From: an uncultured Collinsella sp.
GTDB taxonomy: Bacteria; Actinomycetota; Coriobacteriia; Coriobacteriales; Coriobacteriaceae
NCBI GenBank assembly: GCA_900553705.1
Contig: USEK01000001.1
Coordinates: forward strand, 1 to 48,683
Length of the DNA: 48,683 nucleotides
Direction of reading: 5' to 3'
Shown: one piece after another, positions 19,098 through 28,894 of the stretch
Layout: the number at the start of each line of letters is the position of its first letter
How positions within the stretch are numbered: the stretch's first letter is position 1
Translations under genes and position numbers: made by a program
The notes under the pieces: generated by a model
Databases searched by the model: none
Seen by the model: only the letters and a program-made list of their open reading frames with translations
What the model was told of the DNA's origin: nothing

Positions 19098-20705
19098 ATG
19101 GGATCTGATGTGAAGATCGCACGCGCGTTGATCTCGGTTACCGATAAGACGGGCGTCGTCGATTTCGCACGGACGCTGGTTGACGACTTTGGCGTCGAGA
19201 TCATCTCTACGGGCGGCACGGCTCGTGCCATCGAGGACGCGGGCGTTCCCGTAACCCCCATCGAGGAGTTCACGGGCTATCCCGAGATGATGGACGGCCG
19301 CGTCAAGACGCTGCATCCCAAGGTTCACGGCGCGCTGCTTGCCCGTCGCGATTCCGAGCAGCACATGCAGGAGGCCGCTCAGCACGGCATTAAGCTGATT
19401 GACCTGGTCGTCGTCAACCTGTACGAGTTCGAGAAGACCGTCGCCAACCCCGAGGTCACCTTCGCGGATGCCATCGAGCACATCGACATCGGTGGCCCCT
19501 CCATGCTGCGCTCTGCCGCTAAGAACGCCGCGAGCGTTACCGTCATTTCCGACCCGGCCGACTACGACGCCGTCCTGGCCGAGATGCGCGAGACCGGTGG
19601 CTGCACCACGCTTTCCACCCGTCGTCGCCTGCAGGTGAAGGTCTACCAGACCACCGCCGCCTACGACACGGCTATCTCCCGTTGGCTTGCCGCCCAGGCA
19701 AGCGACGTGGCGGACACCTCTGCCAAGCTCGAGATCTCGCTGGAGAAGGTCGACGACCTGCGCTATGGCGAGAATCCTCAGCAGAAGGCTACGGTCTACC
19801 GCTTTGCCGAGGGCTGCGAGAACACCGCGAGCTCGCAGTTCCCGCTCGTGGGCTCCGAGCAGATCCAGGGCAAGCCGCTCAGCTACAACAACTATCTGGA
19901 TGCCGACGCCGCTTGGAACCTGGTCCGCGAGTTCGACGAGCCGGCCTGCGTGATCCTCAAGCACCAGAACCCCTGCGGTTCCGCCGTTGCCGAGGACATC
20001 ACGGCCGCCTACGACCGCGCCTTCGCCTGCGATCCCAAGAGCGCCTTTGGCGGCATCATCGCCTGCAACCGCGAGGTTCCCTTTGAGCTGGTTGAGCACT
20101 TTGCCGATCAGAACAAGCAGTTCGTCGAGGTCATCATCGCCCCGAGCTACACCGCCGAGGCGCTCGAGCGCATGGCTAAGCGCCCCAACCTGCGCGTGCT
20201 GGCTACCGGCGGCGTGGACCACGGCGCTCAGGTGGAGCTGCGCTCCGTCGACGGTGGCATGCTGGTGCAGGAGGTCGACCACGTGACCGAGGACCCCGCG
20301 ACCTTTACGTTCCCCACTGACCGCAAGCCCACCGACGCCGAGATGGCCGAGCTCGAGTTTGCCTGGAAGGTCTGCAAGGGCGTTAAGTCCAACGCAATCC
20401 TGGTCTCCAAGGGCAAGGCCGGCATTGGCATGGGCCCCGGTCAGCCCAACCGCGTGGATTCTGCGCTGCTGGCCTGCGAGCGTGCCGAGGACTTCTGCGA
20501 GCGCGAGGGCGTGGAGAAGGGCGGCTTTGCCTGCGCAAGCGACGCATTCTTCCCGTTCCGCGACAACGTCGACGTGCTTGCCGCGCACGGCGTGACCTGC
20601 ATCATCCAGCCCGGCGGCTCCAAGCGCGACGACGAGAGCATCCAGGCCTGCAACGAGCACAATATTGCTATGGTCTTCACCGGTGCCAGGCATTTCCGTC
20701 ACTAA
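19098..20705 (+). CDS. purH: Bifunctional AICAR transformylase/IMP cyclohydrolase
   Basis: [40 protein letters not shown] and RHFRH motifs. Confidence 0.98.
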   Translation: MGSDVKIARALISVTDKTGVVDFARTLVDDFGVEIISTGGTARAIEDAGVPVTPIEEFTGYPEMMDGRVKTLHPKVHGALLARRDSEQHMQEAAQHGIKLIDLVVVNLYEFEKTVANPEVTFADAIEHIDIGGPSMLRSAAKNAASVTVISDPADYDAVLAEMRETGGCTTLSTRRRLQVKVYQTTAAYDTAISRWLAAQASDVADTSAKLEISLEKVDDLRYGENPQQKATVYRFAEGCENTASSQFPLVGSEQIQGKPLSYNNYLDADAAWNLVREFDEPACVILKHQNPCGSAVAEDITAAYDRAFACDPKSAFGGIIACNREVPFELVEHFADQNKQFVEVIIAPSYTAEALERMAKRPNLRVLATGGVDHGAQVELRSVDGGMLVQEVDHVTEDPATFTFPTDRKPTDAEMAELEFAWKVCKGVKSNAILVSKGKAGIGMGPGQPNRVDSALLACERAEDFCEREGVEKGGFACASDAFFPFRDNVDVLAAHGVTCIIQPGGSKRDDESIQACNEHNIAMVFTGARHFRH

Positions 20706-20734
20706 GTTTCGCCCCGGGACAAAATAATCTCCGC

Positions 20735-20770
20735 AAAAGACGGTCGCTCCGTTTGGAGGGCCGTCTTTTT
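20735..20770 (+). terminator. Intrinsic terminator after purH
   Basis: aaaagacgg...ccgtcttttt hairpin. Confidence 0.7.
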
Positions 20771-20810
20771 GGTATAAGAGGACGGAATGACTAACACGAA
20801 AGGTACAACC

Positions 20811-21518
20811 ATGCCCCAGATTGATGATGACGAGCTGTTTGGCAATGCCGAGGATCAGCGTGCGTACGAGGACTTTTGCGCCAATCAGGAGGCGGTCGAG
20901 AAGTTCACGCTCGACAAGCCCGCGCTCATCTGCCGTTGGCGTATGTCCAACAAAAAGGTGCCCATGCTCAACCGTCACATCCGCGCGCTGTCCGAGCGTC
21001 TGGTGCAGGGCGAGCCACTTACCCATAACATGCTCAGTTGGGCCAAGCAGCACGTTGAGTGGTCACTTGCCGAGGGCGACTACACCGCACGCGACGGCGT
21101 GCTCATGCTGGTGATTGACGTTAACGGCAATGCCGCCATGACGGTGGGGGAGTACGAGCCGCTGGCCGACACGTCGGCCAAGGCGCTGCGTGCCCGTTCT
21201 GCCGAGGCCCGCTCCGAAGCCGACGAGACCGGCGTGGCGCCCGAGCTGCTCGCCGCCGTCAACAACGGCGAGCTTGCCTTTGTGGCGCCGGCGAACGAGT
21301 GCCTGTGCGGCACGGCGACGCTCATTGAGCAGTTGGCCCAGACCAAGGGCATCCCGGTCACGCGCGTAGACATTCCCGCGCAGCTTAAGGGCGCCCTGTT
21401 CCTGGTGAGCGACGAACACGGCGTGGTTCCCGCAACCGAGACGGACGCCGCCGAGGCCGACGCCGCCACGGTCGCCTTCTTTGCCGACGGCTACGAAAAG
21501 CTCCGTGCCCGCCGCTAA
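20811..21518 (+). CDS. Hypothetical protein, degenerate class IV PLP-aminotransferase-like fold
   Basis: LNRHIRALS, LCGTATLIEQLA-GIPV and LFLVSDEHGVVP resemble fold-IV motifs; GAAAGG SD. Confidence 0.55.
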   Translation: MPQIDDDELFGNAEDQRAYEDFCANQEAVEKFTLDKPALICRWRMSNKKVPMLNRHIRALSERLVQGEPLTHNMLSWAKQHVEWSLAEGDYTARDGVLMLVIDVNGNAAMTVGEYEPLADTSAKALRARSAEARSEADETGVAPELLAAVNNGELAFVAPANECLCGTATLIEQLAQTKGIPVTRVDIPAQLKGALFLVSDEHGVVPATETDAAEADAATVAFFADGYEKLRARR

Positions 21519-21566
21519 ATGATGTTTCTGGGACGGGGATTAAAAACTCATTTAATTCCCGTGCCC
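21516..21566. repeat. GGGAC-loop hairpin element
   Basis: taaatgatgttt-ctGGGACGGGGatt-aaaaactcattta, then inverted ttcccgtgccc. Confidence 0.5.
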
Positions 21567-21692
21567 GTTGCGAGCGAGGGGCAAGCCCCTGCCGCTCGCG
21601 AACAGTTCTGTCACCTTGGTGACGCGCAAGGCGCGCACCTGCGGCTCCGCAGCCATAATGGTGGCAAGACAACCAAGGGGGGAGCGGAATCC

Positions 21693-22364
21693 ATGGCGCT
21701 GATCTATATCGTTGAGGACGACGAGCCCATTCGTCGCGAGCTTGCCGATATCCTTGCCCGTGCGGGTTTTGAGGTCGAGGCATGCGAATCATTCGAGCAC
21801 GTTTCGCGCGATATTCTCGCCGCCGCGCCCGACCTGGTGCTGCTCGACCTCACGCTTCCCGTCAAGGACGGCCAGCATATCTGCCACGAGGTTCGCCGCG
21901 AATCCGAGGTTCCCATCATCGTCCTCACGTCGCGCGCGACCGAGATCGACGAGGTCATGGCCATGACGCTCGGCGCGGACGACTTTGTTCCCAAGCCCTA
22001 CAGCGCCCGTGTGCTCGTGGCGCGCATCAATGCCTTGCTGCGTCGCACCGCGTCGGCGGGCGAGCGCAGCACGCTCGTCCACAAGGGACTGGAGCTCGAC
22101 CTCGCACGCTCCATGGTCATCAACACGCAAACGGGCACCAGCACCGAGCTCACCAAAAACGAGCTGCGTATCCTCTCGCTGCTTCTGAGCCGCGCGGGCA
22201 AGATCGTTTCGCGCTCGGCCATCATGCAGGACCTGTGGGACTCCGACGCCTTCGTGGACGACAACACGCTCACCGTTAACATCAACCGCCTGCGCACCAC
22301 GCTCGAAAAAATCGGCATCAAGGGGTATTTGACGACGCACCGCGGCCAAGGCTATTCGGTCTAG
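21693..22364 (+). CDS. OmpR-family response regulator, BceR/GraR-like
   Basis: IVEDD, GADDFVPKPY, LTKNELRIL and FVDDNTLTVNINRLR motifs. Confidence 0.93.
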   Translation: MALIYIVEDDEPIRRELADILARAGFEVEACESFEHVSRDILAAAPDLVLLDLTLPVKDGQHICHEVRRESEVPIIVLTSRATEIDEVMAMTLGADDFVPKPYSARVLVARINALLRRTASAGERSTLVHKGLELDLARSMVINTQTGTSTELTKNELRILSLLLSRAGKIVSRSAIMQDLWDSDAFVDDNTLTVNINRLRTTLEKIGIKGYLTTHRGQGYSV

Positions 22365-22373
22365 GGGCCGGCT

Positions 22374-23417
22374 ATGTCGTTTGGCAAGTTCTTTAAAGAC
22401 GCGCTGCTTCCCGTCGCCGTATGGACGTGCGGCGTGCTGCTGAGCTGCTTTGTGCTGACGGTTGCCGGTGCACCCGTTTCTATCGTGGTCGTGGCGGTCG
22501 GCGTGTCCTTTATCTTTGGTATGCTCGGCATCGTGATCGAGTACGCGCGTCGTCGTCGTTTTCTGCGCCAGCTGGAGCGTGCGGCAGAGGAGCTCGAGAG
22601 TCCCGCATGGGTGCAGGAGATGGTGCAATGCCCGACCTATGCCGAGGGCGAGCTCGAGTACGAGGTCTTGCGCCGGGTGGGCAAAGCTGCCTGCGACGAG
22701 GTTGCCGAAGGCCGTCGTCAGACCGATGACTATCGCGACTATATCGAGAGCTGGGTCCACGAGGCCAAACTGCCCCTGGCGGCGGCCCATCTAATTTTGG
22801 AAAACCTGGACGGCAGCGAAGACGACCTGTCGCGCGTGGATGACCTGGGCCGTGAGTTGGCTCGCGTGGAGCGCTATATCGACCAGGCGCTGTACTACGC
22901 GCGCTCGGAAGTCGTGGAGCGTGACTACCTGATTCGCCGCTGGGATCTCAAGACCTTGGTGACGGGCGCGATCAAGGCCAATGCGCGTGAGCTCATCGCG
23001 GCACACGTGGCGCCGGTGTGCGAGAACCTCGACTTTGAGGTCTTTACCGACGAGAAGTGGCTCGAGTTTATCTTGGGCCAGCTCATCCAGAACAGCATTA
23101 AATACGCGCGTGAGGATGGTGCGAAGATCACGTTTTCGGGCGCGTTGCTGGACGAGGGCCTGGCAAGCGAACGCATCGAGCTCGCCGTCGCGGACAACGG
23201 CTGTGGCGTGTGTGCGGCCGACCTGCCCCGCGTGTTCGAGAAGGGTTTTACCGGCGACAACGGCCGCACCACCAAGCGCGCGACGGGCATCGGCCTCTAT
23301 CTGGTGGCACGTCTGTGCTCCAAGATGGGCATCGACGTCACCGCAGCGTCCGAGCCCAGCGAAGGCTTCGTCGTCACGTTTGCCTTCTCAACCAACAAGT
23401 TCCAATACTTCGAATAG
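22374..23417 (+). CDS. Intramembrane-sensing histidine kinase, BceS/GraS-like
   Basis: Two close TMs, WVHEAKLP, TDEKWLEFIL, FEKGFTG and TGIGLYL motifs. Confidence 0.92.
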   Translation: MSFGKFFKDALLPVAVWTCGVLLSCFVLTVAGAPVSIVVVAVGVSFIFGMLGIVIEYARRRRFLRQLERAAEELESPAWVQEMVQCPTYAEGELEYEVLRRVGKAACDEVAEGRRQTDDYRDYIESWVHEAKLPLAAAHLILENLDGSEDDLSRVDDLGRELARVERYIDQALYYARSEVVERDYLIRRWDLKTLVTGAIKANARELIAAHVAPVCENLDFEVFTDEKWLEFILGQLIQNSIKYAREDGAKITFSGALLDEGLASERIELAVADNGCGVCAADLPRVFEKGFTGDNGRTTKRATGIGLYLVARLCSKMGIDVTAASEPSEGFVVTFAFSTNKFQYFE

Positions 23418-23441
23418 GCGCGCTCTTGCTGTTTTTCTCTG

Positions 23442-23508
23442 GGCTATGTTCACGTTCGGGAATATAGCTGAAGCAACTGGCGCTATGTTCCCGAACGGGA
23501 ACATAGCC
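23442..23508. repeat. REP-doublet-like element: two inverted palindromic 27-mers
   Basis: 23442-23468 vs 23482-23508 match 25/27; each arm is itself a hairpin (gctatgttccc-gaac-gggaacatagc). Confidence 0.75.
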
Positions 23509-23540
23509 ATGAGGCTCAAATGAATCTCCTATAACAAAAA

Positions 23541-23575
23541 CGTGCCGCCCCAAACGGGGCGGCACGCCATCTTTT
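23541..23575. terminator. Bidirectional terminator
   Basis: cgtgccgcccc / ggggcggcacg stem flanked by A and T runs. Confidence 0.7.
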
Positions 23576-23606
23576 ATCAGCCAACTCGCTGAAGTACGGT
23601 GACGAA

Positions 23607-23697
23607 GGCGCAAGGCCGGGAAGGGTTATCTAAGCCGACATCCCGCAGCCGCGAAGCGGCGAGGACGTCGGCGTGATAACCCCGCAGGCCTTGCGCC
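23607..23697. repeat. 91-nt nested rod hairpin (structured repeat or ncRNA candidate)
   Basis: Four nested stems: ggcgcaaggcc, gggttatc, gccgacatcc and gccgc-gaa-gcggc. Confidence 0.7.
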
Positions 23698-23710
23698 GGC
23701 GGGAAGGAAC

Positions 23711-24148
23711 CTACTTCACGACCAGAATGTCGCAGTCCGTATTGCGCAGCAGGAACGTCGAAATCGAGCCCAGTAGCGCGTACTTAATTGAGGACAGGCC
23801 GCGGGCGCCGCAGAGCACCAGATCGGGCTTGACCACGTCGAGCATCTCATCCTTGAGCGTCTCACGAATGCGGCCGGTGCGAATCATGACCTCGACCTCG
23901 GGAATGTCGGGATTGGCTTTGGCCTCCTCGAGCTGCTTGGCGATGGAGTTGTTAAAGGCCTCCTCCAAGCCGTTGACCAGGTCGACCGGATAGGAACCGG
24001 CGCTCTCGAGCGCGGTGGAGTCGATAACGTGGCCGATGATCAGCTTAGCGCCGTTGTTCGCGGCGACCTTGATGGCGCGTGCGAGCACAAAATCCTGCTG
24101 CTCAGTACCGTCGAGTGAAACAAATACCTTGGTATAGCCCTCGTTCAT
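23711..24148 (-). CDS. Universal stress protein
   Basis: YTKVFVSLDG, DLVLCGARG and LLGSISTFLLRNTDCDILVVK motifs; AGGAGG SD. Confidence 0.93.
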   Translation of the reverse strand: MNEGYTKVFVSLDGTEQQDFVLARAIKVAANNGAKLIIGHVIDSTALESAGSYPVDLVNGLEEAFNNSIAKQLEEAKANPDIPEVEVMIRTGRIRETLKDEMLDVVKPDLVLCGARGLSSIKYALLGSISTFLLRNTDCDILVVK

Positions 24149-24397
24149 GGTTTCCTCCTTGGTCTATCGCACGGGCGCGGGGCTCGTGCGTCGGGCGGGC
24201 GCGGGCGCGTTGGCCGCCGGACACTTTATCTTGTTGCAGTTATACCCAAGGATTTCGGTTTGACCGCTCGCAATTCTGTGAACGGGCGAGTTTTTTGGTA
24301 AGGGTAGGCACAGGCGTGCCGCCAACGGTTGATAATGGGACATCGCCCGCACCGTCCGCAGAACATCTACCGGCGGGTGTCTAATGAGGGGGTCCCT

Positions 24398-25378
24398 TTG
24401 GATATCATCGAGCTTCTAAAATCTGCCTTCATGGGCCTGGTCGAGGGCATCACCGAATGGCTGCCTGTTTCGTCGACCGGTCACATGATCTTGGTGGACG
24501 AGTTCGTCAAGATGAACGTGAGCGAGACGTTCTGGAATATGTTCCTGGTCGTTATTCAGCTCGGCGCCATTTTGGCCGTCTGCGTCCTGTTCTTCTACGA
24601 CCTTAACCCGTTTTCTCCCAGCAAGGGCAAGGAGGGCCGTCGCGACACCTGGGTGCTGTGGGGCAAGATTGTGCTCGGCTGCATTCCCGCCGCGGCGATC
24701 GGTCTGCCGCTCAACGACTGGATGGAGGAGCATTTCTACAATGCTCCCGTCGTGGCGCTGGCGCTCATTGTGTACGGCGTACTGTTTATCGTGATTGAGA
24801 ACTGGCGCGCGAGCAAGCGCGAGGAAATGGCCGTTGCCGGTTCGTTTGGTTCGCGTGCTGTGGTGGCGGGCGGACGTCCCGCCGGTGCGCACTTTGCGGC
24901 GCCCGCCGCGGCTACCGCTGAGGATGAGGACGATGACGAGAATCTGGACTTTGGCTCCATCGCCACGCTCGAGGACCTGAGCTGGAAGACTGCGCTGGGT
25001 ATCGGCTGCTTCCAGGTGCTTTCGCTGGTGCCTGGTACGTCTCGTTCCGGTTCTACCATCATCGGTGGCCTGCTTTTGGGCTGCACGCGTTCGGTGGCGT
25101 CCAAGTTTACGTTCTTCCTGGCCATCCCTGTCATGTTTGGCGCGAGTGCGCTCAAGCTGGTCAAGTACTTCATCAAGGGCGGCACGTTCGGCGCCAACGA
25201 GGTCGCTATCTTGGGCGTGGGCTGCGTTGTGGCCTTTGTGGTTTCGCTCATCGCTATCAAGTGGCTCATGGGCTTCGTCCGCCGTCACGACTTTAAGTGC
25301 TTCGGTGTTTACCGCATCATCCTGGGCATCGTGGTGCTCGCATACTTCTTTGTTCTGGAGCCGATGCTCGGCCTCTAG
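24398..25378 (+). CDS. uppP: Undecaprenyl-diphosphate phosphatase
   Basis: GLVEGITEWLPVSSTGH and PGTSRSGSTI motifs; TTG start inferred. Confidence 0.95.
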   Translation: MDIIELLKSAFMGLVEGITEWLPVSSTGHMILVDEFVKMNVSETFWNMFLVVIQLGAILAVCVLFFYDLNPFSPSKGKEGRRDTWVLWGKIVLGCIPAAAIGLPLNDWMEEHFYNAPVVALALIVYGVLFIVIENWRASKREEMAVAGSFGSRAVVAGGRPAGAHFAAPAAATAEDEDDDENLDFGSIATLEDLSWKTALGIGCFQVLSLVPGTSRSGSTIIGGLLLGCTRSVASKFTFFLAIPVMFGASALKLVKYFIKGGTFGANEVAILGVGCVVAFVVSLIAIKWLMGFVRRHDFKCFGVYRIILGIVVLAYFFVLEPMLGL

Positions 25379-25422
25379 CTTAGTCGACGCTGCGCGGCGG
25401 CCAGAGCGACAACTTGTTATTC

Positions 25423-25464
25423 AAAGGGGGCGGCATGGCCAAAAGGTCTATGCCGCCCCCTTTT
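25423..25464 (+). terminator. Intrinsic terminator after uppP
   Basis: aaagggggcggcat / atgccgccccctttt. Confidence 0.75.
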
Positions 25465-25539
25465 CATGCCAATTTGTTCGCTCTGGCCGCCGCTCGCTGC
25501 CGTTGCCATGACATCGGCGGTTCCGTGATTGTCAATAGA

Positions 25540-25572
25540 TTGGTGCAAAGCAACCTGATCCCATTGCACCAA
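25540..25572. repeat. Family C hairpin, copy 1
   Basis: ttggtgcaa-agcaacctgatccca-ttgcaccaa; reverse complement matches 35788-35819. Confidence 0.8.
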
Positions 25573-25711
25573 ATCTGCTGGGGTGGGCCTGACGGTGGCG
25601 CACGGAGTCGTGGTGTGATTTGCGTCGGTGTCCGCGCGGCTCGGTATACTGGTACGGCTCAAACTATGGCGCTGCCCGCAGGCGCGCCGTCCGTCAGATG
25701 AGGAGTCGCCC

Positions 25712-28612
25712 ATGACCCAGCCCCTGCCCTGGGAAAAGAACACTGCCGCGCCCGTGCCGCCTGCGCCGGAACCCGTGCCGCTCGATGCGTACACCGCCCC
25801 CGCCGCGCCGGAACCCGAACTCGTTCCGCTCGACATCTACGACGCCCCGGCTCCGGCGCCCAAACCCGCCAAGCCGCTCGTCGATATCGATAGCCTGAAC
25901 CCCGCCCAGCGCGAGGCGGTCCTGACCACCGAGGGCCCGCTGCTGGTCCTTGCCGGCGCCGGCTCGGGCAAGACCCGCGTCCTGACCTTCCGCATCGCGC
26001 ATATGCTTGGCGACCTGGGCGTTAAGCCCTGGCAGGTTCTTGCCATCACGTTTACCAACAAGGCCGCGGCCGAGATGCGCGAGCGTCTGGCAGCGCTCAT
26101 CCCCAGCGGCACCCGCGGCATGTGGGTGTGCACCTTCCACGCTATGTGCGTGCGCATGCTGCGCGAGGACGCCGATCTGCTGGGCTACACCGGGCAGTTC
26201 ACCATCTACGACGATGACGACTCAAAGCGCATGGTGCGCGACATTATGCAGGCGCTCGGCATTGAGCAAAAGCAGTTCCCCATCAACATGATCCGCAGCA
26301 AGATCAGCTCGGCTAAAAACGCCATGATCGGGCCCGAGGACATGCTCAAATCCGCCGACAGCCCTAATGACAAAAAGACCGCGCAAGTCTACCTGGAGCT
26401 GGAGCGCCGCCTGCGTGCCGCCAACGCCATGGACTTCGACGACCTGCTTGTGCGCACACTCGAGCTGCTGCGCACCCGCCCCGAGGTGCTCGACAAGTAC
26501 CAGGAGCGCTTCCGCTACATTAGCGTCGACGAGTATCAGGACACCAACCACGTCCAGTACGAGATCGCCAACCTGCTGGCCGCCAAGTACCAAAACCTCA
26601 TGGTTGTGGGCGACGACGACCAGTCCATTTATAGCTGGCGTGGCGCTGACATCACCAATATCCTGGACTTCGAGAAGGATTTTAAAAACTGCAAGACCGT
26701 CAAGCTGGAGCAGAACTACCGCTCCACGGGTCATATCCTGAGCGCTGCCAACGCCGTGGTGCGTCACAACTCGCAGCGCAAGGACAAGCGCCTGTTTACG
26801 GCCGAGGGCGACGGCGAGAAGATTCAGGCCTTCCAAGCAAGCGATGAGCGCGACGAGGGCCGCTGGATTGCCGGCGAGATCGAAAAGCTGCACTCCAAGG
26901 GCACGAGTTACGACGACATCGCCGTGTTCTACCGCACTAACGCCCAGTCGCGTATTCTCGAAGATATGTTCCTGCGTGCGGGCGTGCCCTACAAGATCGT
27001 GGGCGGCACGCGATTCTTCGACCGCGCCGAGATCCGCGACGTCATGGCCTACCTCAAGATGATCGTGAACCCGGCCGACGAGATGAGCGTCAAGCGCGTC
27101 ATCAACACGCCGCGCCGCGGCATCGGCTCCACCTCGATCCAAAAGATCGAGCAGCTGGCGCGCGACAACCGTTGCTCGTTCTTCCAGGCCTGCGAGATCG
27201 CGACGGCCGAGACGGGCATGTTTAGCGCCAAGGTCCGCAACGGCCTGTCGAGCTTTGTGTCGCTGGTGCGCGAGGGTCGCCGCATGGACGGCGAACTCAA
27301 GGACGTCGTCGAGATGATCGTCGACAAGACGGGCCTGCTGCAGGCCTTCCGCGCCGAAGGCACCATGGAGTCCGAGAGCCGCGCCGAGAACATCCAGGAA
27401 TTCCTGGGCGTCGCTGCCGAATTTGAAGAGACGCACGAGGATATCGAGGGCACGCTCGAGAGCCTAGAAGAGCTGCGCGCGGCCGGTGTTGCCGACGTGC
27501 CCGCCGGCACCGATCTCGAGCCCGTCGTGGTGAGCGCGCCCGCGCCCGAGCCGGGACCGTCCGCGCCCGCGTCTTCGTTTGAGGCGCTGGTCGGCGCTCG
27601 CGACGCCGCTGGTTCCAACCCGCTCGATAGCCTAGCCGCTCCAGCGCTCTCGCCGCAGGATGCCCTGGCCGCCGCCATCGCGGGTAACGCCTATGTCACG
27701 CCAACGGAGATGCCGGCGGGTGCCGTGCATGCCGACGAGATCGAGCGCACCTACGGTCCGCTCACCTGTAAGGCACTGCCGGCACTCATGGAGTGGCTGG
27801 CCCTGCGCTCCGACTTGGATTCTTTGGCAGGCGAGACGCATGCCATCACCATGATGACCATCCACTCCGCCAAGGGCCTGGAGTTCCCGGCGGTGTTCGT
27901 GGCCGGTATGGAGGAGGGCATCTTCCCGCACGTGCACGATTTTGGCGGCAGCGATGATCCGGGCAAGCTCGAGGAGGAGCGTCGCCTGGCCTACGTTGCC
28001 ATCACGCGTGCTCGCAAGCGCCTGTTCTTGACCTATGCGGCAACGCGTCGCACCTACGGCTCGACCTCTGCCAATCCGCGCTCGCGCTTCCTCAACGAGA
28101 TTCCGTTTGAGGATATCGAGTTTAGCGGTATCGGTTCTGCCGGTTTTGAGGGCACGGGCTGGGAGAAGCGCGGCGACCGACACGGCACCTTTGGATCGGG
28201 CATGGGCTCGGACATGTATGGCGGCAAGGTGTTCGGTTCGCATACGCGCTCGACCGGCGGTTCCGGTTCGCGCGGCGGATCGAGCTTTGACGACTTCTTT
28301 GGCGGCAGCAGTTACGGGACCGAGCGCCATCGTGGGGTCTCGCCAGACGCCGGCCGTGTTGCCTCGACCTTTGGTTCGGGCGCGCCGCGAGCCAAAAAGC
28401 CGTCGTCCAAGGTGTCCCCGACGGTGGAGCGCAAGGTCGATCGCGCTAGCGCGTCGCAGGACTTTGCCGCAGGCGATACCGTGAGCCACAAGACCTTTGG
28501 CACGGGTACCGTGATCTCGGTTGTCGGAGACATGATCGAGGTTCAATTCGAAAAGACCGGCCAGACCAAAAAGCTAATGAAAGGTTTTGCACCGATCGTC
28601 AAGCTGTCTTGA
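25712..28612 (+). CDS. pcrA: ATP-dependent DNA helicase PcrA/UvrD
   Basis: AGAGSGKT, VDEYQD, VGDDDQSIY, LEQNYRS, TIHSAKGLEF, EERRLAYVAITRA and C-terminal Tudor-like domain. Confidence 0.95.
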   Translation: MTQPLPWEKNTAAPVPPAPEPVPLDAYTAPAAPEPELVPLDIYDAPAPAPKPAKPLVDIDSLNPAQREAVLTTEGPLLVLAGAGSGKTRVLTFRIAHMLGDLGVKPWQVLAITFTNKAAAEMRERLAALIPSGTRGMWVCTFHAMCVRMLREDADLLGYTGQFTIYDDDDSKRMVRDIMQALGIEQKQFPINMIRSKISSAKNAMIGPEDMLKSADSPNDKKTAQVYLELERRLRAANAMDFDDLLVRTLELLRTRPEVLDKYQERFRYISVDEYQDTNHVQYEIANLLAAKYQNLMVVGDDDQSIYSWRGADITNILDFEKDFKNCKTVKLEQNYRSTGHILSAANAVVRHNSQRKDKRLFTAEGDGEKIQAFQASDERDEGRWIAGEIEKLHSKGTSYDDIAVFYRTNAQSRILEDMFLRAGVPYKIVGGTRFFDRAEIRDVMAYLKMIVNPADEMSVKRVINTPRRGIGSTSIQKIEQLARDNRCSFFQACEIATAETGMFSAKVRNGLSSFVSLVREGRRMDGELKDVVEMIVDKTGLLQAFRAEGTMESESRAENIQEFLGVAAEFEETHEDIEGTLESLEELRAAGVADVPAGTDLEPVVVSAPAPEPGPSAPASSFEALVGARDAAGSNPLDSLAAPALSPQDALAAAIAGNAYVTPTEMPAGAVHADEIERTYGPLTCKALPALMEWLALRSDLDSLAGETHAITMMTIHSAKGLEFPAVFVAGMEEGIFPHVHDFGGSDDPGKLEEERRLAYVAITRARKRLFLTYAATRRTYGSTSANPRSRFLNEIPFEDIEFSGIGSAGFEGTGWEKRGDRHGTFGSGMGSDMYGGKVFGSHTRSTGGSGSRGGSSFDDFFGGSSYGTERHRGVSPDAGRVASTFGSGAPRAKKPSSKVSPTVERKVDRASASQDFAAGDTVSHKTFGTGTVISVVGDMIEVQFEKTGQTKKLMKGFAPIVKLS

Positions 28613-28619
28613 TCCCGGC

Positions 28620-28749
28620 GGACCTGGGCGGGCGTATGGGGCAACATCGCCTGCTCGGGCAGTCCTGCGCAAGACGGAGGCCACATTAAGTGGCCTCCTT
28701 TGCGTGCGGAACTCGCGATCGATGTTGCCCCATACGCCCGCCCAGGTCC
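28620..28749. repeat. 130-bp hairpin element with perfect 30-bp arms
   Basis: 28620-28649 is the exact reverse complement of 28720-28749; inner ggaggccac-attaa-gtggcctcc. Confidence 0.88.
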
Positions 28750-28832
28750 TTAGATAACGTTGCTTGCAAACGTCGCTCTGCTCGTTCGCTTTTTGATCTG
28801 GAGAGCCGGGTGGGCTGAATACTTAGACATGG

Positions 28833-28870
28833 CAAGGGGCTCCCCCGTTGAAGAACGGGGGAGCCCCTTG
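28833..28870. terminator. Terminator between pcrA and manA
   Basis: caaggggctcccccgtt / aacgggggagccccttg perfect stem. Confidence 0.8.
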
Positions 28871-28894
28871 TTTCGTTTTGGTTGTTGTTGCGAC

